Notes under the pieces: model-generated
What the model was told of the DNA's origin: nothing
What the model saw: the letters and a program-made list of their open reading frames with translations, nothing else
Database searches by the model: none
Program-made: the position numbers and the translations under genes
Shown here: positions 10,690 through 19,609 of the stretch, piece by piece
Position numbering within the stretch: position 1 is the stretch's first letter
Layout: every line of letters begins with the position of its first letter
NCBI GenBank assembly: GCA_963695545.1
Contig: OY968796.1
Coordinates: 544,001 to 608,000 of the forward strand
Length of the DNA stretch: 64,000 bases
From: Terriglobia bacterium
GTDB lineage: Bacteria > Acidobacteriota > Terriglobia > Acidiferrales > UBA7541
Direction: 5' to 3'

Positions 10690-11175
10690 ATGCCAATCGA
10701 AGTGCTTTTGGCCGATGACACCGATTTCGTGCGCAAGGCGATTCGCCGCCTTCTCGAGAGCGATCCTGAAATCCAGCTCGTGGCCGAGGCGACTACCTTG
10801 CATCAAGTAATCGACATTGCAGGCAAGCTGCGGCCGCATGTCATCGCCATGGACCTGCACATGGATCGTCACGCAACGACCACTCCGTTACGATTGAAAT
10901 CATCCATCGGCATCTCGCCGCTGGTGGCAATCTCCATTTGGACGGACGACGAAGCCAAAGCTCTTGCCGATAGTCTCGGCGCTGTCGCGCTGCTGGACAA
11001 AGTAAACCTTGTCGTCGAACTAATTCCGACAATAAAGCGGTATTCTCACGTTCACGGACAGACCGCGAGCGCCGAGCAGGCGGCCCAGCTTGAGTGGCGC
11101 GAGAATAAGTCCCGGTCGGCCGTCCCCTTTCCGCAGCCTCGCGCTAACCATGGCCCTTTTGGCCCTTCACGTTAG
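10690..11175 (+). CDS. Single-domain response regulator (receiver)
   Basis: VLLADD...VIAMDLHM...VAIS...LLDK. Confidence 0.8.
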   Translation: MPIEVLLADDTDFVRKAIRRLLESDPEIQLVAEATTLHQVIDIAGKLRPHVIAMDLHMDRHATTTPLRLKSSIGISPLVAISIWTDDEAKALADSLGAVALLDKVNLVVELIPTIKRYSHVHGQTASAEQAAQLEWRENKSRSAVPFPQPRANHGPFGPSR

Positions 11176-11455
11176 CCTCATCCATCTTCCACAATTCGAA
11201 TGAATTTCCACAGCCCTCTATTCGAATAACCCACACGTTATCATTGACATGTACGCCAAAAGCGTGCTACCGTTGCACATGACTTGCGAACGCACATCGG
11301 CACCGCTGAAAACTCCGCTTGCGCTGTGCCCCGGCATGAGTTTTCCGCATATAGAGGAGGAGGTTGCCTCCACCCGCATTACCCCGCCGGCCAAATATCG
11401 TCGATACAACTCGATCAATCCTCACTCTTCTGCATCAAAGTGCCCCTCCAAACCA

Positions 11456-11608
11456 TTTATTTTCAGTCTCTTGCAAAAGAGTGCGCAACTGATTGAATAC
11501 AATCGCTTTCATCCACTTTATTTTCACACTCATGCGCACTCTTTCGCTGGAACTCCTTTGTTTACATCATTTTACACTTTTGGTACCGGGGGTATATATA
11601 GGGCCCCC
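11456..11608. repeat. AT-rich composite element: four copies of a 19-nt motif, a 12-bp inverted repeat and a terminal G5/C5 hairpin
   Basis: TTTATTTTCAGTCTCTTGC (11456), reverse copy at 11485-11503, TTTATTTTCACACTCATGC (11517), TTTGTTTACATCATTTTAC (11557); AAAGAGTGCGCA (11476) / TGCGCACTCTTT (11533). Confidence 0.7.
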
Positions 11609-11709
11609 TCCGCTGCGCCTTGCCGTGCACAGCAACGCCGTGCTACACCGAAGGCGATTCTTCCTCGGCGCATCCGGTATCCTGCATCGAACACTTCGAG
11701 AGGCACTCC

Positions 11710-12111
11710 ATGGCTGACGCCATAGCACTCGTAGACGATCTATTCTTCCAGGCCAAGATGACCGAAACCGCGCGCCACACCGGCGTCGATCTCAAGACCG
11801 TCGCCAACTGCGATGCGCTATTGCGCGAAGCTGCGGCAAATCCCGGCGCGATGCTGCTGCTCGATCTGAACGCGCGCGGCGGCAATCCGCTCGAGGCGCT
11901 CGCCCGCGTTGCTGAACTCGCGCAAGCGAGCGCCGCGTCCGCGCCAGGCAACGGCTCCCCCCGCCGCGTCATCGCATTCCTTTCGCACGTCCAAACCGAC
12001 CTCGCCGCGCAAGCGCGCGCCGCCGGTTGCGACGAAGTCATGCCGCGCTCAAAATTCACCCAGGAATTGCCGCGCATCCTGCGCGAGTCCCGCACGGAGA
12101 ACGCGCAATGA
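11710..12111 (+). CDS. Atypical receiver-domain protein
   Basis: IALVDDLFF...LLLDLN...IAFLSH...VMPRSKF (conserved Lys position altered); GAGAGG SD. Confidence 0.8.
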   Translation: MADAIALVDDLFFQAKMTETARHTGVDLKTVANCDALLREAAANPGAMLLLDLNARGGNPLEALARVAELAQASAASAPGNGSPRRVIAFLSHVQTDLAAQARAAGCDEVMPRSKFTQELPRILRESRTENAQ

Positions 12112-13220
12112 GTGAGCAACTGCCGGAGCTATCACAACCGACGAGCACCAGCCCCGTAGGGGCGGCACATTTTAGCCTAGGGCGGAAGCCCTGGGTACGC
12201 CGCAAGAAATCGCGAAAGCCCCGTAGGGGCGACACAAAAGCGACGCAAACTACGCCGATCGCGCTTCAAGAAAATCGCTGGGCCCGTCGATTGATCCTCC
12301 CTCTCATCGCCTTGCTCTTCGCCGCGACCTCCGCATCCGCGCAAACCGCGCCGCCCGCCGGCGCCGACGTCGCCGCCACTCTCACCGGCGCGCTCTCCGC
12401 CGCATGCAAAGAAGACGACGCCGCATTCGCGCCGTTTCTCACTTCCGAAAATTCCACCGCGTTTCAAAATCTCGTCGGTCCGCAACGCATCGCGTTCATG
12501 AAACGTATCGTTCAGCTCGACGACGCCGGACATCCCTTGATTTCAACCAGCGATGACGGTCTGACGGTACTGCGCTGCGAAACTCCCGCGGTCACTACCG
12601 AAATGCGCTTTGGCCCAACGAAAGCCAGCGACAACTTGGCCTTCATCGCCGTGACTGTGCCCAGTCCAGGCGAAGATCCGCGCACGATTCGTTTCGGCCT
12701 GGTGCGCGAGCAAGGCCAATGGAAACTCCTCTCGCTTGGTCTTGTGCTGCTCGACGTGCAGGCGCTCTCCGACGAATGGGCCCACGCCGATATCGAATCG
12801 ATGGAAAACGACGCGGTCGATAATCTGCGCCAAATCGCAACCGCGCTTGACGCCTACCGCACCGCATTCGGCCAGTTGCCGGACTCGCTCGCACAGCTCG
12901 GCCCCGCGCCGCCCGGCGGAATTTCTCCGGATATGGCCAGCCTCGTTGACGCCGATCTTGCCTCCGGCGAAACGGGTGGCTACAAATTCCGCTACCGCAT
13001 CGTGCCATCCGCCAGCGCCACCACACCCGAGGATCAGAACAAACTCGCCGGCTACGAAATCGCCGCCACTCCGATCGCCTACGGCAAAACCGCCAAGCGC
13101 TCCTTCTTCCTCGATTCCTCCGGCGCCCTGCGCGGCGCCGATAAGAAAGGCGAAGTCGCCGGCCCCGAAGATCCGCGCATCGACGCCGGCACGGACACGC
13201 AATCGCCGCCGCAGCCCTGA
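12108..13220 (+). CDS. Exported protein with a C-terminal pilin-globular-like domain
   Basis: ATGA overlap with upstream stop; hydrophobic signal LILPLIALLFAATSASA; C-terminal LRQIATA..Y...PDSL..L...DLASGETGGYKFRY...YEIAATP..YG.T.KRSFFLDSSG. Start uncertain. Confidence 0.75.
   Translation: MSEQLPELSQPTSTSPVGAAHFSLGRKPWVRRKKSRKPRRGDTKATQTTPIALQENRWARRLILPLIALLFAATSASAQTAPPAGADVAATLTGALSAACKEDDAAFAPFLTSENSTAFQNLVGPQRIAFMKRIVQLDDAGHPLISTSDDGLTVLRCETPAVTTEMRFGPTKASDNLAFIAVTVPSPGEDPRTIRFGLVREQGQWKLLSLGLVLLDVQALSDEWAHADIESMENDAVDNLRQIATALDAYRTAFGQLPDSLAQLGPAPPGGISPDMASLVDADLASGETGGYKFRYRIVPSASATTPEDQNKLAGYEIAATPIAYGKTAKRSFFLDSSGALRGADKKGEVAGPEDPRIDAGTDTQSPPQP
12150..12235 (+). repeat. REP-like composite palindromic element inside the 5' coding region
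   Basis: AGCCCCGTAGGGGCG at 12150 and 12217 (each a GCCCC-GTA-GGGGC hairpin) flanking the hairpin CCTAGGGC-GGAA-GCCCTGGG. Confidence 0.8.
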
Positions 13221-13284
13221 TCGCAAACGCGAACCAGAACGCCGGCGGAAACGGACGATGCGCACAATGTGTCGGAGAGAAATC

Positions 13285-14628
13285 ATGAAACGTCTCTCGC
13301 TGTTCGTGATTCCGCTTGCGGCTTGCGCGCTCAGCGTGCCTGCGGCAGCGACCGTCATCGGCACGAACGTCATCGCGCGGCCCGTGACGCCGGAGCGCAT
13401 CGCGACGCTCCCCTCCGCGCAACAGAAAGCCTGGCGAAAATATCTCGCGCAATCCGAAAAACAAAAAGCCATCGACAAAGCGACGCTCGCTGCGGAAATG
13501 AAAGCCGCCAACGTGACCGAATCGAAGCAAGCGCCGCAGGGCCGCAACGCGTTTGGACTCTATCTCACGCCCGCGAAACCCGCGGATTGGTATTCGAGCG
13601 CCGACGCCGTGCGCATCGCGACCAACGTGGTCAGCTTCCAGATCGCCGACGGCGGCTGGAGCAAGAACATCGATATGAACAGCAACCCGCGCGCGCCCGG
13701 CGGCCGCTATGACACGGACAATCTAAATCGCTATCCCGACCCAACCGATTTCGATAAACCCGTCGATGAAAAGTGGCACTACCTCGCCACGCTCGATAAC
13801 GACGCGACCACCACGCAGATTATTTTCCTCGCGCACGTCACTTCCGCGCTGCTCGCCGCGAATCGCGCGGCGGATGCCGAGCCATTCCGCGCGGCGGTCG
13901 AGCGCGGCATCGGATATCTTCTCGCGTCGCAATATCCCAATGGCGGATGGCCGCAAGTCTGGCCGCTCGAAGGCGGCTATCACGACGCCATCACCATCAA
14001 TGACGACGCCGATCTGCACGCCATCGAAGTTCTTGCCGATGCCGGCGCCCCCGCCAATGACTACAGCTATTTACCGCCAGCGCTGCGCCGCCGCGCCGCA
14101 GCCGCCGCGGTTCGCGGTATGAACTGCCTTCTGAAGCTTCAAATCCAAGAAAACGGCGTGCGCACCGCCTGGGCCCAGCAATACGACGCGCTGACGCTTG
14201 CGCCGACTTCCGCGCGCAACTACGAAATGGCTTCGATCGCTAGCGGCGAAAGCGCGACGATCGTCGCGTACCTCATGAGTCTGCCGCAGCCCACGCCGGC
14301 GGAAGTCGCCGCCGTGCACGCCGCCGCCGCATGGTTCACGCGAACCGAAATTTTCGGCTTCCGCTACGGCAGCGGCGATTTTCGCAGCGACCGCAACAAT
14401 CCCGATGGCCGCAAACTTGTGGCCGTGCCCGGCGCCGGCCCCATCTGGGCGCGCTACTACCAGATCGGCACCGACAAACCGATCTTCGGCGATCGCGACA
14501 AAACCATTCAGGACGATGTGAACGAAATCAGCCGCGAGCGCCGCAACGGCTATTCCTGGTACAACGCCGAAGGCATCGCGCTGCTTGCGACATACAAAAC
14601 CTGGGCGCAGTCGCACCCGCAAACGTAG
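13285..14628 (+). CDS. pelA: Pectate lyase, polysaccharide lyase family 10 (secreted)
   Basis: Signal peptide; FQIADGGWSKN, TLDNDAT, QYPNGGWPQVWP, YHDAITINDD, WAQQYD, ARNYE, WARYY, ERRNGYSW. Confidence 0.92.
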   Translation: MKRLSLFVIPLAACALSVPAAATVIGTNVIARPVTPERIATLPSAQQKAWRKYLAQSEKQKAIDKATLAAEMKAANVTESKQAPQGRNAFGLYLTPAKPADWYSSADAVRIATNVVSFQIADGGWSKNIDMNSNPRAPGGRYDTDNLNRYPDPTDFDKPVDEKWHYLATLDNDATTTQIIFLAHVTSALLAANRAADAEPFRAAVERGIGYLLASQYPNGGWPQVWPLEGGYHDAITINDDADLHAIEVLADAGAPANDYSYLPPALRRRAAAAAVRGMNCLLKLQIQENGVRTAWAQQYDALTLAPTSARNYEMASIASGESATIVAYLMSLPQPTPAEVAAVHAAAAWFTRTEIFGFRYGSGDFRSDRNNPDGRKLVAVPGAGPIWARYYQIGTDKPIFGDRDKTIQDDVNEISRERRNGYSWYNAEGIALLATYKTWAQSHPQT

Positions 14629-14657
14629 TCGCTGCGCACGTCAGGCAGCGCGAAGCG

Positions 14658-16304
14658 CTATGTGATTGGAATAGGCCGCGGACGATTTTTGAAGTGCCTT
14701 AGGACCATGAGCGCCAGCGCGATCAGGCACAACGCAGTGAAGCAGCACCAGAAATAAACCATGAAGTCTCGCAGCTGATAGACGTCTTTTACGCCGAGCG
14801 GCATTTGCGTGTAAGAAAGAAAATCGGAGAGATCCTGAATCCTGCTCTCATCGCCGTAATGAACGTAGTTGCGGAACATTTCGGCGTAGGGTCTGTAAGC
14901 AACGTAAAGCATCGCGCTTGAAAGCAGCATTCCGCTAACGCTGCCGATGAGAAAAGCGGACGCGCCGCGGCTCGCGCGAAGCGAACCGAGCCGAAACGAT
15001 CGGCTCTTTGCGGCGACGGTCGCGATGCAAATCAGCGTGAGCGAGGCGAAAAATAGCATCATGAGACCCGAAGCTCTTACGACAGCAGCATCCCAACGCG
15101 TGACCGCTCCGCCGGTCCATCGTTGGCGGAGCAAAGCTATCTGTTCTTCGAGGTCTCGGCCGGTACTTGTGGCGAGGTCCGTGTAGAAACGAGCTTGCTG
15201 TTGGTTCCCCTCTTGTTGGGAGAGCGCCGCGAGCCGCGTGTAGGCGTCTTGAAGAGGGCGGCTCATCGGGAATCTGCCCGGCCAGCCGAGCATGTTGCCG
15301 TAGCGTGCCACGGTCAAATAATTTTCGCGCGCTGCATTGCGATCGCCCTGCGCTTCCAGCGTCGCGCCGGATTTTAGAAGTGATTCCGCATAGCGGAAGG
15401 AGTCCCATGCTCCATAGCTTGGCAGGCCGCGCCAATACTCATCAAGATCGGCTTCATACGGATCGTCCACGGCATAACGAAGCAGAACCCGCCGGTCAAG
15501 CTCCCCGAGCCGGTCGAGATACGGATCAAGTTTTTCGGATTGAAACGCATTTGCGAGAGCGTCTCGCCACGCGGCACTCGGTTCGTCTGGAACCCGTTCG
15601 TGAAGTGTTCCCGCGCGATGCACTTGCTCGTTGTCGATGCGCTCCGCCACGAGGAGGTACGGAAGCGCGTTCTGCGGATCCCGCAGCTCGATCTGCGGAA
15701 TCCAGCCATCGATTTCGGGGAGTTCCGAGTGCCTCACGGCAACGACGGCGTAAACCCACGTCAGGTTCGGGTCGATGGATACGGCCTCGTCGGCCAATCG
15801 AGCGTTTTCGGCCGGAGCCCATTCGTGGATCGCGACGAATGCTATTCCCTCAGCGTCGTGTTGCTGCTCCGCGCGACGCGCCAGCGCTCCGAAACCCGGC
15901 TGTCTGCCGAAAGTCTTGGTGACGAAGGCGGTTTGCCACTGCGTGAGCGATACCTGAAATGCTTGCCGGAATGCGGGAGCCAGAAAAAATAGCAGTGACG
16001 CCACGACACAAGCGCCCGCAATGGCCAAAGTTGTCTTGCGCATGAGGCGACCCTCCTTCGCGAAGAATTCTGCGCCGAGAGGCGCTGAATGCCGGCTGCT
16101 GGCCGGAAGTACCGCATGCACGAGAGCGCGTCGCGCGAGGACGCTTGCTCCGCCGGCGGCCCAGCGCAGAGCCGCCCAATCGCCTTCGACGTGATTGAGC
16201 TCGCTTTCGATGGCTCGCGCCCACTCGATCTGATCGGGCGGAGTGATGCGCATCGCAATACGCATGAGCCAGCCGGCGGCGCGGCGTGGATGAGCGCACG
16301 GCAT
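14658..16304 (-). CDS. Hypothetical membrane protein, PadR-associated
   Basis: TGATG coupling to padR; N-terminal EWARAIESEL...AALRWAAG, one TM/signal segment, large soluble region, three C-terminal TMs. Confidence 0.8.
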   Translation of the reverse strand: MPCAHPRRAAGWLMRIAMRITPPDQIEWARAIESELNHVEGDWAALRWAAGGASVLARRALVHAVLPASSRHSAPLGAEFFAKEGRLMRKTTLAIAGACVVASLLFFLAPAFRQAFQVSLTQWQTAFVTKTFGRQPGFGALARRAEQQHDAEGIAFVAIHEWAPAENARLADEAVSIDPNLTWVYAVVAVRHSELPEIDGWIPQIELRDPQNALPYLLVAERIDNEQVHRAGTLHERVPDEPSAAWRDALANAFQSEKLDPYLDRLGELDRRVLLRYAVDDPYEADLDEYWRGLPSYGAWDSFRYAESLLKSGATLEAQGDRNAARENYLTVARYGNMLGWPGRFPMSRPLQDAYTRLAALSQQEGNQQQARFYTDLATSTGRDLEEQIALLRQRWTGGAVTRWDAAVVRASGLMMLFFASLTLICIATVAAKSRSFRLGSLRASRGASAFLIGSVSGMLLSSAMLYVAYRPYAEMFRNYVHYGDESRIQDLSDFLSYTQMPLGVKDVYQLRDFMVYFWCCFTALCLIALALMVLRHFKNRPRPIPIT

Positions 16305-16618
16305 CAGGCTTCACTTCCGCCGAGCGCCGGCCGGCGAACTTTCCATCGCGGGCGAAGACCGTTCAGTGACGCGCGAGCCACTGCAACGCCTTTCGCCGTG
16401 AGGCGGTAGATATGGCGAGGAGGAACTCCGTCCTCGGTGAGCACCCATTTGGTTTCGAGCAGCGAGTGCCTGGCCAGTCGCATGAGAATCGGATAGAGCG
16501 TCCCGGATTTGAGATCGGTTTCACGGCTCAGTTCGTAGCCATAGCGCCAGGCGGCAGGACGCTCGATGAACTGCTCAAGCACGCGAAGAGTCTGGGGCGA
16601 TCGTCTGGGAATCTTCAT
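16304..16618 (-). CDS. PadR family transcriptional regulator
   Basis: YGYEL...LKSGTLYPILMRL...PPRHIYRLTAKG. Confidence 0.93.
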   Translation of the reverse strand: MKIPRRSPQTLRVLEQFIERPAAWRYGYELSRETDLKSGTLYPILMRLARHSLLETKWVLTEDGVPPRHIYRLTAKGVAVARASLNGLRPRWKVRRPALGGSEA

Positions 16619-16624
16619 GACATA

Positions 16625-16652
16625 AGTCTACATATGTAGATATTAATGTCAA
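16625..16652 (-). promoter_or_regulatory. sigma70 promoter of padR with overlapping palindromic operator
   Basis: TTGACA-16 nt-TAGACT, 6 nt before the ATG; perfect palindrome TCTACATATGTAGA at 16627-16640. Confidence 0.7.
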
Positions 16653-16755
16653 AGTGCGTTCGAGGTCGCGGTGTCCAACTCACAACCGCCCTCGCGCAGA
16701 GCGGCGAATTGCCGGAATTATCGGAGGCTGACCGATGGCTTGGATGTCCGTGCAG

Positions 16756-16778
16756 CGCGTGCCAACAGTTGGCACGCG
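16756..16778. promoter_or_regulatory. 23-bp palindrome, putative operator
   Basis: CGCGTGCCAAC-A-GTTGGCACGCG, perfect 11-bp arms. Confidence 0.5.
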
Positions 16779-16811
16779 GGCAGCCGGCGAGTTAACATCG
16801 GCGACCCGCCC

Positions 16812-17897
16812 ATGCGATTTGCGCGCCATCGTCATCGAGAGAGTTACCGGCACCGTCGATGCCCTTTTCTGGTGGCTTCGCTTGCGCTCGCGAGCCTCGC
16901 GATTTCCGGAGCGGCGACGGCTGCGGCTCAGGACGTTGGCGCGGAAGCTCCGTCACCGCCGCCGGCGTTTGAATTTCACAGCGGATTCTGGGTGAATCTG
17001 CACCTGTTTCTTTACGCGCAATCGCGTATCGCCTCGGTCGGCGCGGCGGCGAGTTCTTCGGCGGGCCTGGGACAAGCGGGCGCGACAGCCCCGGCGCTTT
17101 CTGCGGCGGAGCGGCAGGCGTGGAATGCGGCGGTTGCGTTTTACGCTGCGGACCTCGGGCAGCGCGATTTGACGACGAGCCTGGATTTCGCGCGCATTAC
17201 CGACAGACTGGGTGATCTTGAAACTTGCAGCGATCTCTCCGGACGCAGCAAGCAAGCCTGCACTTCCGGCTTGCGGCCGGAACTGATTCGCGTGCTCGAA
17301 TCGGCCGCGCCGATTTACCGCGCGCACTGGTGGCCGCAACACGATCGCGCCAATCGCGCGTGGATCGCGCAAGTGGCGCCGCTGGTCGAGCAAATGGGCG
17401 GCGATCTGGCGGACCGGCTGCCTGCAATTTACCAGGAGCCTTGGCCGCGGGGACGATTGCGCGTTGACGTGGTGTGCTACGCGGGCTCTGAAGGAGCCTA
17501 CACGACGCTCGATCCGCTGCACCTGATGGTCGCAAGCGAAGACCCGCGCAATTCGGGATTGTATGGATTCGAGGTGCTATTTCACCAGGCGTCTGAAGTG
17601 CTGGCAGGCGGCGTCATGCAGAAGATTGCCGATCTATTCCGCGATCGCGATATGCCGATTCCGCGCGATCTGGACGCTGCGCTGCTGTACTACACCACGG
17701 GCTACGCGGTGCAGCACGAACTGGCGCAAAGCAGGCCGCAGGTGGCGCCGTACACGCCGTACGCCGATCGCTTTGGCCTGTATCAAGGCCCGTGGGCCGA
17801 ATTTCATTTGCTGCTCGAAGAATATTGGCGGCCATATCTGGATGGCACACTGGAATTCGATCCCGCAATCGAACACATCGTCGCCGGCATTTCCTGA
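16812..17897 (+). CDS. Hypothetical secreted protein with a degenerate HExxH-like motif
   Basis: Signal-like LVASLALASLAISGAATAAA; FEFHSGFWVNLHLFLY; GAYTT; EVLFHQASEVL. Confidence 0.8.
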   Translation: MRFARHRHRESYRHRRCPFLVASLALASLAISGAATAAAQDVGAEAPSPPPAFEFHSGFWVNLHLFLYAQSRIASVGAAASSSAGLGQAGATAPALSAAERQAWNAAVAFYAADLGQRDLTTSLDFARITDRLGDLETCSDLSGRSKQACTSGLRPELIRVLESAAPIYRAHWWPQHDRANRAWIAQVAPLVEQMGGDLADRLPAIYQEPWPRGRLRVDVVCYAGSEGAYTTLDPLHLMVASEDPRNSGLYGFEVLFHQASEVLAGGVMQKIADLFRDRDMPIPRDLDAALLYYTTGYAVQHELAQSRPQVAPYTPYADRFGLYQGPWAEFHLLLEEYWRPYLDGTLEFDPAIEHIVAGIS

Positions 17898-17940
17898 GCG
17901 ACAAAGCGGGAACGCGCGCGGCGATTTCGGGCGGATCGAG

Positions 17941-18528
17941 TTAGGTCTTCGGCGCGTCGGGCGAAGCGGAAATCGGCCGGCCCTTCGCGTAACGCGCAAA
18001 GTTGTCGAGCGAAGTGAACGTGCGGCTCTGCATGCGATCGATGTAAAGCGCGCCGTGCAGATGATCGATCTCGTGCTGCAGAATCCGCGCGTACCACCCG
18101 GACGCATCAATCGCGCGCGCTATGCCTCGCTCGTCCAGATATTCGACGCGAATCGTCCGGGCTCTTGGGACGACGGCGGAAAATCCGGCCAGACTCAAAC
18201 AGCCTTCGTAGAAATTGGCTTTCCCCTCGCCCAAGAGCGTGATCACTGGATTGATGATCACGTGAAACGCGATGGGGCGCCGCTCTCTTTCGGCGAGATC
18301 TTCGGGCGGCACGTCGTCCAGGATACTTTCGGGGTCTTCGATCACCGCGATTCGCAGCGGCAGTCCAATCTGCGGCGCGGCAAGTCCCACGCCGGGAGCG
18401 TCGTGCATGGTGTCGCGCATGTCGCGGATGAGCTGCTGTGTTTCGGCGCTGGCAATCTCTTTAAGCGTAAGTGTCCGCGCGGCTTCGCGCAAAATCGGAT
18501 CGCCCACCTGCACAATCTTCAAAATCAC
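17941..18528 (-). CDS. def: Peptide deformylase
   Basis: GVGLAAPQIG, EGCLS, QHEIDHL; probable GTG start at 18528. Confidence 0.95.
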   Translation of the reverse strand: MILKIVQVGDPILREAARTLTLKEIASAETQQLIRDMRDTMHDAPGVGLAAPQIGLPLRIAVIEDPESILDDVPPEDLAERERRPIAFHVIINPVITLLGEGKANFYEGCLSLAGFSAVVPRARTIRVEYLDERGIARAIDASGWYARILQHEIDHLHGALYIDRMQSRTFTSLDNFARYAKGRPISASPDAPKT

Positions 18529-18608
18529 CCCGCCCCCCCCACATAACCGTTCGAGTTGTACAAACCCAATATTCCAGACCGCCCATCTCGAATTCCGCTT
18601 GCCGCGGA

Positions 18609-19382
18609 TCACGCGGATTGATCGCGCTTGCGAAGCGACGTGACAGCGATGACCACGATCATCGCAGCCGCGATCACGAGCGTCGAGGTGATCCGGCCGA
18701 GCGCGAGGCCGCCTTCTTCATGTGGCTTGGTGAGTGTGTCGCCGAGCGTCGCGCCGAGCGGGCGCGTGAGAACGTAAGCGGCCCAGAAGAGGGCGCTTTT
18801 CGGGAGTCTGGTGAAGAAGTGAAGCGCGGCTACGAGCGCGATCAGGCCCGCGAACAGGAGCGCTCCGCGGCTGAAACCAAGGCCGGCCGTCGTCGAAGTG
18901 AAATCGCCCAGCGCGGTTCCAAGCGTGTTTGAGACGAGGATCGTGAGCCAATAAAAAAGTTCGTTGTTGCGCGTGGTGATGTTGTCGACCTCGATCGCGC
19001 CCGTCGAGAAGTGCCAGGCGACCAACACGGCGAGAACAACGCCGAAAAGCATGATCGAGGATTTCACATAGCCGAGACCGACGGTGCGATCCAAATAATC
19101 CGAGGTGGTGGTGCCGACAGTGGTGGTGGCCACCACGACGGCCCAGTAGAAGACGGGGTGATAGCGCTTCGAGGCCATCTGCGCGAAGAGCGTGACGCAA
19201 AAAAAACCGAGAAGAATCAGGCTGCTGACGGCGTAGCCTAGATTGAGCGTCATGGATAACGCGTCGCCGCCGGTTTCGCCGACCGTTGTTGCAAGAATTT
19301 TGGCAACCCAAAATGCGAGCGTGATGTGCGGGACCTTGCTCAGAATTGCAGTTTTGGCGTCAATCCCTGCGGCGCGTGCCAT
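18609..19382 (-). CDS. COG4705/DUF347 repeat membrane protein
   Basis: SKVP.ITLAFW..KILATTVGETGGD, T.GT..SD, TLGTALGD, TRPLGATLGD repeats; GGAGG SD before the ATG at 19382. Confidence 0.88.
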   Translation of the reverse strand: MARAAGIDAKTAILSKVPHITLAFWVAKILATTVGETGGDALSMTLNLGYAVSSLILLGFFCVTLFAQMASKRYHPVFYWAVVVATTTVGTTTSDYLDRTVGLGYVKSSIMLFGVVLAVLVAWHFSTGAIEVDNITTRNNELFYWLTILVSNTLGTALGDFTSTTAGLGFSRGALLFAGLIALVAALHFFTRLPKSALFWAAYVLTRPLGATLGDTLTKPHEEGGLALGRITSTLVIAAAMIVVIAVTSLRKRDQSA

Positions 19383-19609
19383 CGCTGGGCCTCCGAAATT
19401 TTGCGAGCAATTGCCGATTCCACGCGCATCCCTACCGAGCCAATGGCGAAAAATTGGGGAGCGCGAAACGCAACATACCACTGGCTCAATCAGCGCGCCA
19501 GACGGAAGAAAGTGGCGTGGGCTTGGGAGGATGGCGTGCGTTGTTGTGCGGGGCGCGGCGTTAGCGAGTGTGGGGACGCAGCGCGCGCTTGCGATCGGGC
19601 TTTTTGCTC

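Noticed and set aside
11249..11725. ORF spanning the AT-rich repeat element
   Set aside because: Atypical composition and mostly made of the repeat; not called as a gene.
12736..13284. N-terminal extension of the pectate lyase ORF
   Set aside because: Overlaps the upstream gene in another frame; the SD, ATG and signal peptide start at 13285.
18527..18540. G-run upstream of def as a phase-variation tract
   Set aside because: Only 8 consecutive G, outside the probable CDS; weak evidence in GC-rich DNA.
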